NCBI GenBank assembly: GCA_963847445.1
Contig: CAWJZV010000030.1
Location: 480,001 to 544,000 of the forward strand
Source: an uncultured delta proteobacterium
Lineage (GTDB): Bacteria; Desulfobacterota; Binatia; UBA9968
DNA length: 64,000 bases
Reading direction: 5' to 3'
Positions 54,317 to 63,855 of this stretch are shown here, piece after piece (positions within the stretch are counted from its first letter, which is position 1; every line of letters begins with the position of its first letter). The notes under the pieces were generated by a model, which saw only the letters and a program-made list of their open reading frames with translations, was not told where the DNA came from and ran no database searches. Position numbers and translations under genes: made by a program.

Positions 54317-54374
54317 GGTGATTTTAACCCTTCCTCTCACAACCTTTGCGCCTTGTCAGCTGCTATGGCCATGA

Positions 54375-54399
54375 GGGCGGGTTTTAAACCCGCCCCTAC
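54375..54399. repeat. GTAG-family REP palindrome
   Basis: GGGCGGGTTTTAAACCCGCCCCTAC. Confidence 0.85.
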
Positions 54400-54511
54400 G
54401 AATTCGATTACTTCTTGCGAACTTTGCACTGCAATAGCTCAAAGATTGCGTGGCTTGCGCAAATTTTCCGTACCGGTACTCTTAAGTTGCCGTGCCAATG
54501 AAGAAATTTAA

Positions 54512-54805
54512 TCTCACCACGAAGGACACGAAGAGCACGAAGTTCGGAGAAATAATTTTCCGAACCCTTCGTGTCCTTCGTGAGTTCCTTCGAAAATACA
54601 TGTGAGGGGATGATATGCACAACAAAGAGCCTGCGGGGCTCCGTCATACCCGCAAAAGCGGGTATCCAGGCTAATTCGGCGCAGAACAAACCTGGATTCC
54701 CGCGTGCGCGGGAATGACGAATTGAGGGGGATCGTGTTCTGGGAATGCCAACCATTTTCATGCTCTGGAGGCGAGCGCAAGCTCATGAAGTACTTCGTGG
54801 TGAAA
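54512..54805. repeat. Composite nested repeat, copy 1
   Basis: CACGAAG-type outer arms enclosing a ~205-bp element that itself contains a GTCATACCCGC...GCGGGAATGAC doublet; near-identical to 57611-57892. Confidence 0.85.
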
Positions 54806-54861
54806 ACTCTTTCCCATTTGCTTGCGGCTCTGCTGCGCTAAGTTTTTTGCGGCTATTTCTC

Positions 54862-55833
54862 CTATCTCAGGCCCAGTTCCTTCAACGCCTGGCGCAGATA
54901 ACTCTGATCGACATATTTCTCCGGATTGGGGATCGGCCCCTTCAAATTGTTCTGTTCGGCGTAGATGTCGACGACGGTCTTCAAGCCGTCCATCTCGATC
55001 TCCAGTTCAGGATGCCAGGCGGGAGCCTGAAGATAATAATCCAGGCCTTTTTCCGCCAGCGCCGGCGTCAGCTGAAATTCCTTCGCCAAATATTCGATCG
55101 CCGCCTTGCGATCTTGCTCGAACCATTTCTTCGCGCGCACCACCGCCTTGAGAAAGCGCACAACCACCGGGCGATTCTTCTCGGCCCAACTGCGCCGGAC
55201 GGAAAATGCCGAGAGCAAATAATTGGGAAAGACATCGACCATGCGGCCGATCAAGTTGAAGCCAAGATCCTGCGCTTGGAATGAATAGGGCACCGCCATC
55301 ATCGACGCGGCGGTTTGGCCCGCGTTCATTGCCAAAAAAGCCTGGGTCGTGCCGCCGACGTTCAGAAGTTTATAATCGCGCGGATACTCCAAGCCCTTGA
55401 GTTTCAGCGCTCGGCGCAACACGAAGGTCGTGCCGGAAGTTAAGGTGGACGAACCGATGGTCGCGCCGCGCAGGTCTTCGTAGGTTTTGTAATTCTTCGC
55501 GCCCATCAGCATATGGGTGATCTTGCTGCCGCTGGCGACCATGACCAGGTCGGCGCCCTGTTCGACGGCCGTGATCGGCCCGTCATTGGCGAGCAGCGCC
55601 GCTGAGATCGAGTTGCCGATCAACGCCTGCACCGCCGGCGCCGTGCCGCGCATGAGCACGACGTCGACATCGAGCCCTTCGCGCTCGAAATAACCGCGCC
55701 GCCATGCCGCCCATAGAGTCCCGTAACCCAAGACCTTGGACGAAACGCCGACGGGGAATTTAATTCGCTCCTGGCCCGCTGCCGGCGATGGCGGCTGCAA
55801 GATCAGTACAAATGCGAGCAGAATCAGTTTCAT
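54862..55833 (-). CDS. ABC transporter substrate-binding protein (NMT1/SsuA-like)
   Basis: Signal peptide, GYFEREGLDV, DLRGATIG, VVRFLKA. Confidence 0.85.
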   Translation of the reverse strand: MKLILLAFVLILQPPSPAAGQERIKFPVGVSSKVLGYGTLWAAWRRGYFEREGLDVDVVLMRGTAPAVQALIGNSISAALLANDGPITAVEQGADLVMVASGSKITHMLMGAKNYKTYEDLRGATIGSSTLTSGTTFVLRRALKLKGLEYPRDYKLLNVGGTTQAFLAMNAGQTAASMMAVPYSFQAQDLGFNLIGRMVDVFPNYLLSAFSVRRSWAEKNRPVVVRFLKAVVRAKKWFEQDRKAAIEYLAKEFQLTPALAEKGLDYYLQAPAWHPELEIEMDGLKTVVDIYAEQNNLKGPIPNPEKYVDQSYLRQALKELGLR

Positions 55834-55980
55834 ATTCGCTTTCCTCGCGGTTTCCCGCCACATCTATCTCAGTCAAACTCGCCGCCTTGTAACACGGCGT
55901 AGGGCGATTGCCTAGCAAAATGCTAGGCCGTAGCGAGGTCGTGCTTCAGTTTGATTTCTGGCAGGTTGAGACACCTAGAA

Positions 55981-56048
55981 AGATTTCTCGCTACGCTCGA
56001 AATGACAGGTTGTGTTTCGTCGTCATCCCGAACGCAGAGAGGGATCTA
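55981..56048. repeat. AGATTTCTCGCT.CGCTCGAAATGAC REP doublet
   Basis: Matches the copy at 48483; followed by GTCATCCCGAACGCAGAGAGGGATCT. Confidence 0.7.
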
Positions 56049-56145
56049 GCCAAGCTGAACCGTGACCCCGTGGCGGCGCTCGCTTGACACAACCGTGCCA
56101 CAATCTGCTAATACAATCGGTGATCGATTTATCAGGAGCATACGC

Positions 56146-57104
56146 ATGAATATTCTCCGGCAATTTTGGTATCCCGTCCTGTGGTCGAAAGATCTGACCG
56201 ACAAACCCATGTCGGTCAAGCTCCTCGACCAGCCGTTGGTGCTCTGGCGTGTCAATGGCACAGTCTCGGCGTTCTATGATCTCTGCCTCCATCGCGGCGC
56301 AGCGCTGTCTTTGGGGTGGATCGATGGCGATAAGCTCGTCTGTCCCTACCATGGCTGGAATTACGGCGCGGACGGCGCTTGCGTGAAGATTCCCTCGCTG
56401 CCCCCCGACCGTGAAATACCCGCCAAGGCGCGGGCAAAATCCTACCATGTGCAGGAGCGCCATAGTCTGATCTGGGTTTGTCTCGACGAACCGCGACAAG
56501 ACATTCCCCGAGTTTCCGCCGGAGATCGACGATCCGGCTTTCGTCTGGGCGCCGTACAATTCCGACGGCCAGTGGAAAGCCAACGCCGCGCGCATGATCG
56601 AGAACCTCGCCGACTTCTCCCATTTTCCCTGGGTCCACGCCGGCATCCTCGGCGACCCCGAGCAAGCCGAGTCCCCGGTGATTGAACTCCAGGAAGTGAC
56701 CGGCGGTTTTCAATATGAGATCGACACCCCGGTCAATCGCCTGCGCGCCGCAGAGCCCGTCGAAGCAACGCTACACCGTCATCCTGCCGTTCATGGTGAT
56801 CATCCAGCGCAGCCAGCCCGGCGGCGACGAGCGCCATACCAATATTTATTTGTGCACCCCGGTGGCCAACAACGAAACTCGATTTTTCCGTCTCGCCGGG
56901 CGCAATTACCGCGATACCAAACCGGACGAACAATTGAACGCCCAGCATCGCAAGATCTTCGAGCAGGACAAAGCCATCGTCGAGTCCCAGCGTCCCTGGG
57001 AACTGCCCCTCGACCTCGCCGAAGAGCTGCATCTGCGCGGCCCCGACACCCCGGCGGTGGAATACCGCCGGCGGCTGAAGCAAATGGGAGTCGAGTGGAA
57101 TTAA
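56146..57104 (+). CDS. Rieske non-heme iron oxygenase alpha subunit (VanA-like), two indels
   Basis: C.HRG...CPYHGW Rieske motif; ENLADFSHFPWVH; IFEQD...ESQ. Confidence 0.9.
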
Positions 57105-57107
57105 GCA

Positions 57108-57246
57108 CGTTCAAACCGTTCAAGCCGTTCAACCGCTGCGCTCCGTTCAAGCCGACGGAACCTCCGAAAACGTTTTGAACGTTTTGAACGATTTGAACGG
57201 AGCGCAAGCGATTGAACTGAGCGAAGCGATTGAACGGCTTGAACGA
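57108..57246. repeat. GTTCAA-family inverted (REPIN-like) element
   Basis: GTTCAAGCCGTTCAACCGCTGCGCTCCGTTCAA facing TTGAACGGAGCGCAAGCGATTGAAC...TTGAACGGCTTGAAC. Confidence 0.85.
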
Positions 57247-57260
57247 GTTAGGAGTTTGAG

Positions 57261-57420
57261 ATGTCGGAGGTTTACGATGTCATCGTTGCCGGCGGCGGTT
57301 CGGCGGGCTGCGTGATCGCGGCGCGATTGTCCGAGGATCCGCAGCGACAAATTGGTCAAAGAGGAAATCGAAAAATATTCGCGCTTCAGCGCCGACGAGC
57401 TCGGCTGGAAAGCGCAGTGA
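57261..57420 (+). pseudogene. GMC oxidoreductase N-terminal remnant joined to an apparent C-terminal fragment
   Basis: YDVIVAGGGSAGCVIAARLSEDP then abrupt loss of similarity; another frame reads KLVKEEIEKYSRFSADELGWKAQ*. Confidence 0.65.
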
Positions 57421-57527
57421 CTGGGGCTAAACACGTTCAGCACGAAGGGTCCAGCGCGGCGAAGCCGCAACCGAAAAGAAGAGTGGCCGCAAAGAACGCA
57501 AAGGGCGCAAAAAAAGAATCGAGAATC

Positions 57528-57553
57528 GTAGGGGCGGGTTTGAAACCCGCCCT
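57528..57553. repeat. GTAG-family REP palindrome
   Basis: GTAGGGGCGGGTTTGAAACCCGCCC. Confidence 0.85.
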
Positions 57554-57610
57554 CTTGGCTTTGGCGCATCAAGAAATTTGCCCAAGCCGCGCAAACTATC
57601 ACGGATGGTA

Positions 57611-57892
57611 GTACGAAGGACACGAAGGTTGCCGATAATTAATATTCCGAACTTCGTGATCTTCGTGCACTCCTTCGAAAATACATGTGAGGGGATGACA
57701 TCCACAACGAAAAGCCTCCGGGGTTCCGTCATACCCGCGAAAGCGGGTATCCAGGCTAATTGGGCGCAGAACAAACCTGGATTCCCGCGTGCGCGGGAAT
57801 GACGAATCGAGGAGAGAAGCATGTTCTGGGAATGCCAACCATTTTCATGATCTGTAGACGAGCGCAAACTCATGAAACACTTCGTGGTGGAA
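57611..57892. repeat. Composite nested repeat, copy 2
   Basis: Near-identical to 54512-54805 (CCTTCGAAAATACATGTGAGGGGATG...GGGAATGCCAACCATTTTCATG). Confidence 0.85.
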
Positions 57893-57963
57893 AAGTCTTT
57901 CCCACTTGGTTACAGCTATGCCGCACTAGGAACTTCATGGTAAACATACGTATCCGGAGGTAG

Positions 57964-59085
57964 ATGAACATGGCAGGAATCATCGACGCCGACACCCATA
58001 TCGCCGAATCGGAGAGCATGTGGAAGCATTTCGATCCGAGCATGCACCATCGCCGCCCGGTCATGCTGTCGGCGCCGGACGACACGCTCTATCGAGATTT
58101 CAACGTTCTGTGGTTGATCGACGGCAACATCTTTCCTAAAGCGTCGGGCAAAGGCGGCTTTCGTATCATCACCCCGACCGCGTCGAAACGCGAAGCCAAT
58201 CGAACCGACATCGCGCTCGGTTGCCGCGAGATCACCGACGTGGCCGCGCGGTTGGCCGACATGGACCATGCCGGCGTCGACACCCAAGTCATCTACCCCA
58301 CCCTGTTTCTCATCGACGTGACCGATGACACCAATCTTCAAATCGCCCTCTGTGGCGCCTATAATAAATTCCTCGGCGAGGTTTATGGCAAATCCAACAA
58401 CCGGCTGCGCTGGGTCACGGTGCTGCCGCTAAAATCAGTCGACGCATCGATCCAGCAGATGCACGAAGCCAAACAAAACGGCGCCGTCGGCATCTTCTTT
58501 AGCGGCATCATCGGTTCGCTGACGTTGAACAATCCCCACTTCATGCCGATCTACGCCGAGGCGGAAAAGCTTGGCCTGCCGATCTGCGTGCACACCGGCC
58601 AGAGCAGCCGCCACCTGCTCGACTTTTTCGATCTCGAATTGAACGGCACCTTCGCCACTTCCCATGTGCCGCCCATCGTCGGCTTCCGCGATTTGGTCGC
58701 CAGCGCGATCCCCGAGAAATTTCCCGACGTTGAAGTTCGGCTTCCTCGAAGTCTCGGCGAGCTGGGTGCCGTTTCTCTATCACCACTTGAAGCGCTCAGC
58801 GCGGCCGCGCCCGAGTTTTCCCAACGCGCGCTGGAAGTTTTCATCGTGCAAGGAACTCTTCCGCGACTACCGCATCTACGTCGCCTGCGAAGCCGACGAG
58901 GACATCCCCTACCTGGCGGAATTTATCGGCGAAGATAATTTACTGATCGGCTCCGACTACGGCCACAACGATCCGGCGGAAGAAAAAGCCTTGGTGCAGA
59001 CCATGAGATCGCGCGAAGATCTGTCGCAGATTTAGTTGAGAAGATTTTCTCGGATAATCCAAGGCGCTTCTATGGATTGACATAG
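57964..59085 (+). CDS. Amidohydrolase family 2 protein, two indels
   Basis: IIDADTHIAE, QVIYPT, LPICVH, IGSDYGH.D, KIFSDNPRRFYGLT*. Confidence 0.9.
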
Positions 59086-59106
59086 AGCCGGCGAATAAAT
59101 TAGAGA

Positions 59107-59183
59107 ATGCTCGACCAGCTCAGCATGAACGGATTTTTTATTCACTCAAATCTTGCTCCGTTCGTGCTGAGCTCGTCGAAGGC
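59107..59183. repeat. CCGTTCGTGCTGAG..GTCGAAG REP doublet
   Basis: TCGACCAGCTCAGCATGAACGG...CCGTTCGTGCTGAGCTCGTCGA inverted pair. Confidence 0.7.
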
Positions 59184-59212
59184 ACCATACCGGTAGAAAC
59201 CACGGAACGATA

Positions 59213-60238
59213 ATGATCATCATACTACTCATCGCACTATTTCTCGGCACGCGCGCGGAGCTCCATGCCCAGACCCCGTTCTATCAGGGCAAAACCATCA
59301 CCGTCATCGCCGCCGCCAGCGCCGGCAGCGCCTACGATCTCTACGCCCGCTTGATGGCGCAATTCATGGGCAAGCATATTCCCGGCAATCCCAATTTCAT
59401 CGTGCAAAATATGACCGGCGCGGGCTCGATCATCGGCGCCAATTACCTCTACAACGTTTCCAAGCCCGACGGCCTGACCATCGGCGCGATTCAACCGTCG
59501 ATCTACTTCAACCAACTGATGCAGCAGAAAGAAGTGAAATACGATTGGGCGAAGTTCGCCTGGATCGGCAGCTCGGACAAATCCGACTATCTGCTCTACA
59601 TGCGCGCCGATCTGCCCTATAAGACGCTCGCCGATGTGCGCAAGGCCAAGGAACCGCCCAAATGCGGCTCCACCGGCGCCGGCACCTCCGGTAGCTACAT
59701 GCCCAAACTACTGGAAGAAGTCCTCGGCACGAAATTCACCATCGTCGCCGGCTACCAGGGCGGCGGTGAAATCGATCTCGCCGTCGAACGCGGCGAACTG
59801 CACTGCCGCTCGTTTACCATCCAGGCCTACCATTCGCGCGAGCCGTACCACACCTGGAGGAAGAAAAGCTTTGCCCGAATCCTCATGCAGACCGGACAGA
59901 CGAGAGATCCGCGCATCGCCGATACACCGACGCTGCGCGAGCTCATGGACGAATATAAAACCCCCGAAAGCGATCGACGCCTGGTTCTCATGATCTTGGC
60001 CGCCAATGATTTCGGCCGCCCCATCGTCGCCCCACCGGGCCTGGCGGCCGACCGGCTTAAAGTGCTTCGTGAAGCGTTCCTAAACACCATGAAAGATCCC
60101 GACCTGCTGGCCGAAGCGAAACGTAAGAATTTCGACATTCAGCCCACGAGTGGCGACGATCTCGCCAGCCTTGCCAAGCAAGTGATGACCCAGACACCGG
60201 AACTCATCGCCCGAGCCAAACGGTTGATGGAGCAGTGA
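59213..60238 (+). CDS. Tripartite tricarboxylate transporter substrate-binding protein (Bug/TctC)
   Basis: FYQGKTI, GSAYD.YAR, HIPGNP, NM.GAGS, GY.GG.E..LA.ERGE. Confidence 0.9.
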   Translation: MIIILLIALFLGTRAELHAQTPFYQGKTITVIAAASAGSAYDLYARLMAQFMGKHIPGNPNFIVQNMTGAGSIIGANYLYNVSKPDGLTIGAIQPSIYFNQLMQQKEVKYDWAKFAWIGSSDKSDYLLYMRADLPYKTLADVRKAKEPPKCGSTGAGTSGSYMPKLLEEVLGTKFTIVAGYQGGGEIDLAVERGELHCRSFTIQAYHSREPYHTWRKKSFARILMQTGQTRDPRIADTPTLRELMDEYKTPESDRRLVLMILAANDFGRPIVAPPGLAADRLKVLREAFLNTMKDPDLLAEAKRKNFDIQPTSGDDLASLAKQVMTQTPELIARAKRLMEQ

Positions 60239-60335
60239 CGGCAAGTTTGAACCATGGGCCCAAGTTAGCGCCGAGGCGATCCACGCAGGTAAAAACAAAA
60301 AGCTACGGATGGAATTGATCTGAAAGAGAGGCTTT

Positions 60336-61358
60336 ATGAAAAGAACTCTGCTATTAGTAACGATCGTTCTCTGGAGCGCGGAACTCTGGGCGCAGGAGCC
60401 ATTCTACCAGGGCAAGACCATCACGGTCATCAGCACCTCGAGCACCGGCAGCGCTTACGATATATACGCCCGGCTTGTGGCTCAGTTCATGGGCAGGCAT
60501 ATTCCCGGCAACCCCAACTTCATCGTCCAAAACATGGCCGGCGCCGGATCGCTCATCGGCACCAACTATCTTTACGGCCTGGCCAAAGGCGACGGCACGG
60601 TGATCGGCGGCTTGCAACCGTCGATGTATTTCAACCAGCTGTACAAGCAGCCCGAGGCCAAGTACGACTGGGCAAAGTTCAACTGGCTCGGCAGCTCGGA
60701 CCAGTCCGAAAGCCTGCTCTATATGCGCGCCGACCTGCCGTACAAAACTCTGGCGGATGTGCGCAGGGCCAAGGAGCCGCCCAAATGTGGTTCCACCGGC
60801 CCCGGTACTTCCGGAACTTATATGCCCAAACTATTGGAAGAACTGCTCGGCACGAAATTCACCATCATTTCCGGCTACAAGGGCGGCGCCGAAATTGATC
60901 TGGCGGTGGAACGGGGGGAGATCCAGTGCCGCGCCCTGACGATTCAGGCGTACCATACCCGCGAGCCCTACCACACCTGGCGTAAAACCGGCTTCGCGCG
61001 CATCTTGATGCAGACCGGCAAGACCCGCGACCCGCGCATCGCTGACGCGCCGACCATCTACGAGCTGATGAACGAACATAAAACCGCCGAGTCCGAACGG
61101 CGCTTGCTGCCGTTGATCCTCGCCGCCAGCGATTTCGGCCGCCCCATGGTCGCTCCCCCAGCCGTGCCGCCGGCCAGAGTCAAAATCCTCCGCGACGCAT
61201 ACCTCAAGACTCTGGCCGATTCCGACTTGCTGGCCGAAGCGAAACGAAAGAACCTCGACATCACGCCCACCCCAGGCGAAGAACTCCAAGAGTTAGCCAA
61301 ACAGGTGATGGTGCAGACCCCTGAAGTAGTGGCGCGCGTGAAGACGCTCATGGAGTAG
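60336..61358 (+). CDS. Bug/TctC substrate-binding protein, tandem paralog
   Basis: Same motifs, highly similar to 59213..60238. Confidence 0.9.
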   Translation: MKRTLLLVTIVLWSAELWAQEPFYQGKTITVISTSSTGSAYDIYARLVAQFMGRHIPGNPNFIVQNMAGAGSLIGTNYLYGLAKGDGTVIGGLQPSMYFNQLYKQPEAKYDWAKFNWLGSSDQSESLLYMRADLPYKTLADVRRAKEPPKCGSTGPGTSGTYMPKLLEELLGTKFTIISGYKGGAEIDLAVERGEIQCRALTIQAYHTREPYHTWRKTGFARILMQTGKTRDPRIADAPTIYELMNEHKTAESERRLLPLILAASDFGRPMVAPPAVPPARVKILRDAYLKTLADSDLLAEAKRKNLDITPTPGEELQELAKQVMVQTPEVVARVKTLME

Positions 61359-61392
61359 TAATAGAAATACTGAACCCATGCCGTGCGTCTGT

Positions 61393-61472
61393 GTAGGGGC
61401 GGGTTTTAAACCCGCCCGTGGCGCGGTGGTTGATGACGCTCCGATCAGGGCAGGTTTAAAACCTGCCCCTAC
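61393..61472. repeat. GTAG REP doublet (REPIN) downstream of the RAYT
   Basis: GTAGGGGCGGGTTTTAAACCCGCCC...GGGCAGGTTTAAAACCTGCCCCTAC. Confidence 0.9.
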
Positions 61473-61484
61473 ATTTCATTTTAA

Positions 61485-62106
61485 TCATACTTCCCACGAT
61501 TCGCGCTTTCCGATCGATTTCACCGCGGTGCGATTTGGATTTTCTCGATCCATTTCCCACTGCGGGGGATTATTCGCGATGTATTCACGGATACGCATCA
61601 GTTCGTCGTCGCTGCGAATGATGTGTTCGTAATAGTTGCGTTGCCACAGGGGCACGCCGGGGGTATTGCGCATTCCGTTAGTCCGGCGCGCAGAAAATGT
61701 TTTGAACGCCCGAATGATCTCTGCCAACGTAGGGGCGGGTTTTAAACCCGCCCTGAGCGAATTCGGACCAGCCACCACGCCCCGGGCAGGTTTCAAACCT
61801 GCCCCTACGTCGGATATGCCGACCATCTGCGCCACCATGCGCCAGTTCGATGATTCCATGAACATGATTTGGCATGACCACGAAGGAATCACATTCAACA
61901 GCGGGATAATGATCCGGCAAATCGTTCCAGTCGATTGAACGATCGCGACCGAATTGATTTGGCAGCATCTCTCGATCGACGATCTCGCCGAACAAACACA
62001 TACGATCCTTCGTCACGATCGTGACGAAATACGCGCCGGCCTGCGCATAATCATAACCGGGCAGACGGATCGAACGGCGCTGCTGTTTGTCCGCATCGTG
62101 CTTCAT
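61485..62106 (-). mobile_element. REP-associated tyrosine transposase (RAYT, Y1 HUH family), with indels
   Basis: RRSIRL.GYDY...GAYFVTI, VMPNHVHGII (HUH), FKTFS, WQRNYYEHIIR, YI.NNP..W. Confidence 0.92.
61729..61808. repeat. GTAG REP doublet inside the RAYT coding sequence
   Basis: Reads as VGAGLKPARG...RAGLKPAPT in the C-terminal frame. Confidence 0.9.
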
Positions 62107-62160
62107 CGCTGCTGTTACCTAGCCGCAATGTTTTCATTCTGCAACCACATCCCTGCGAAC

Positions 62161-62239
62161 GTAGGGGCGAGTTTAAACCCGCCCGTGGGGTAGCGGTGCG
62201 GAGTGTTCCGGACCGGACAGGTTTGAAACCTGCCCCTAC
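62161..62239. repeat. GTAG REP doublet upstream of the RAYT
   Basis: GTAGGGGCGAGTTTAAACCCGCCC...GGACAGGTTTGAAACCTGCCCCTAC. Confidence 0.9.
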
Positions 62240-62390
62240 GTGACACCGCATCAGGTGACGTTATCTTCGTAGGTAACCGGCTGGCCGCCCTCTGTCGGTT
62301 GAGCGCTTTCATCATCGATAACTGTCCTTCACCTGCGCTTGTCAGGCTAACCCATATCGCTTAGTATTCTGGCCAGGGGAGAACGCGACC

Positions 62391-62681
62391 ATGAACGTCA
62401 GCAAAACCTTATCGAACAAGCGCGACGAAATATTGCGAATCGCTGGCGCCCATGGGGCGAGGGATCTCCGGCTCTTCGGCTCGGTTTCCCGCGGCGAAGC
62501 AACCGCGAGAAGCGACATCGATCTCTTAATCAATCTAGACCCCGGTAGAACCCTCCTCGACATCGTCGCGATCAAGCAGGACCTTGAAGATTTGCTTGGC
62601 TGTAAAGTGGATGTAGTCACTGAAGATGCGGTCAGTCCGTATATCCGCGAACAAATCCTCAAGGATGCTATCAGCCTGTGA
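62391..62681 (+). CDS. Minimal nucleotidyltransferase (MNT) antitoxin
   Basis: LFGSVSRGE....SDIDLL, LEDLLG.KVDVV. Confidence 0.92.
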   Translation: MNVSKTLSNKRDEILRIAGAHGARDLRLFGSVSRGEATARSDIDLLINLDPGRTLLDIVAIKQDLEDLLGCKVDVVTEDAVSPYIREQILKDAISL

Positions 62682-63019
62682 AAGGCGATAGGCTTTATCT
62701 CCAACACATACTAGACGCCATCGAAAAGGTGGAGGAATACGTCTTCGTAGGCTACCAAACTTTCATGTCCTCGTCTCACTGGCAGGACGCAGTCATCCGG
62801 CAACTTGAAATTATCGGTGAGGCAACCAAGAGATTATCGACGCAACTTTGTTCACAGCACGCCGATATCCCATGGCGCCGCATAGCTGGACTAAGAGACG
62901 TTTTGATCCACGATTACATGGGAGTCGACATCAAGGCGGTTTGGGAGATAACGCAACAGAACTTGCCGGTTCTCAAAACCCGCATCGAAACGATCCTGAC
63001 CGATCTAGACAACATATAA
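62678..63019 (+). CDS. DUF86/HepT-like HEPN RNase toxin
   Basis: DAVIRQLEIIGEA, IPW..IAGLRDVLIHDY (R-X4-H), VW. Confidence 0.92.
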   Translation: MKGDRLYLQHILDAIEKVEEYVFVGYQTFMSSSHWQDAVIRQLEIIGEATKRLSTQLCSQHADIPWRRIAGLRDVLIHDYMGVDIKAVWEITQQNLPVLKTRIETILTDLDNI

Positions 63020-63057
63020 AAACGCGAACTCGCCTTCTGGAGATGACCACCCTTGCC

Positions 63058-63142
63058 ATCATTCCCGCGCCTGCGGGAATCCAGGTTAATTTGATCGGCA
63101 ACAAAAACTGCGAACCTAGATTCCCGTTTTCACGGGAATGAC
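63058..63142. repeat. ATTCCCGC...GCGGGAAT REP doublet
   Basis: ATCATTCCCGCGCCTGCGGGAATCCAGG...CCTAGATTCCCGTTTTCACGGGAATGAC. Confidence 0.8.
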
Positions 63143-63248
63143 GGAATGCGCGGAAGCCGGACCGCGCTCACGCTCCATTCGAGCACCGAGAGCTTGACAA
63201 CCCGCGTTACACGGCAATACCTTGAATCCATCAATCAGGAGGTCTCCC

Positions 63249-63644
63249 ATGTTCGAAATCAAAAGCATCCGCACCTTCGCCATGAGCGCGAAGAATCTCG
63301 ACAAGGCGGTGGAGTTCTATACCAAGACGATCGGCGGGAAAGTCGTCAAAACCGTCGATCCGACGGACGAGCAACTCAAAGCCGGCCAAGTGAAAGAGGT
63401 CGACGTCCGCCTCGGCAACTTCGAGGTGCATATCTTCGACGCGTCGAAGGGCCCGCGCGCCGCCGACCCGCACCATACGCTGAATATTCCGTGGCAGGAA
63501 AAAGACCAGGCGCTCAAAATGCTCCAAGACTCCGGCGCCATGGTGGAAAAAATCCGGCCCCACCGCGGCACCGACAATTATTCGATCAACGTCTTCGACC
63601 CCGACGGCAACCGCTGGGAACTGTCGTTCGCCAAAGAGAATTAG
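63249..63644 (+). CDS. VOC/glyoxalase family protein
   Basis: NLDKAVEFY..TIG, VFDPDGNRWEL; AGGAGG RBS. Confidence 0.85.
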   Translation: MFEIKSIRTFAMSAKNLDKAVEFYTKTIGGKVVKTVDPTDEQLKAGQVKEVDVRLGNFEVHIFDASKGPRAADPHHTLNIPWQEKDQALKMLQDSGAMVEKIRPHRGTDNYSINVFDPDGNRWELSFAKEN

Positions 63645-63650
63645 GAAAGA

Positions 63651-63850
63651 TTAGCCGCAAAGAACGCAAAAGACGCATAAAGGATGTAGGGGCGACCGGC
63701 CGGTCGCCCTCCGATCGGCTGCGCAAAAACTTTGCGCGGCGCGCGCAAACTTCGCGATCACGCGATTGCCGCACCGCCACCCCAGGGCGTATTCAATACG
63801 CCCCTACACGAAATCCGAACTTTGTGACCTTTGCGTTCTTTGCGGCCAAA
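63651..63850. repeat. GCCGCAAAGAACGCAAA inverted element enclosing a GTAG REP doublet
   Basis: TTAGCCGCAAAGAACGCAAA...[GTAGGGGCG...CGCCCCTAC 63686-63807]...TTTGCGTTCTTTGCGGCCAA. Confidence 0.8.
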
Positions 63851-63855
63851 ACTTC

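Noticed and set aside
53016-54320. DGR template/variable repeat pair
   Set aside because: Differences include C/G changes and are synonymous rather than adenine-specific; no reverse transcriptase in the window.
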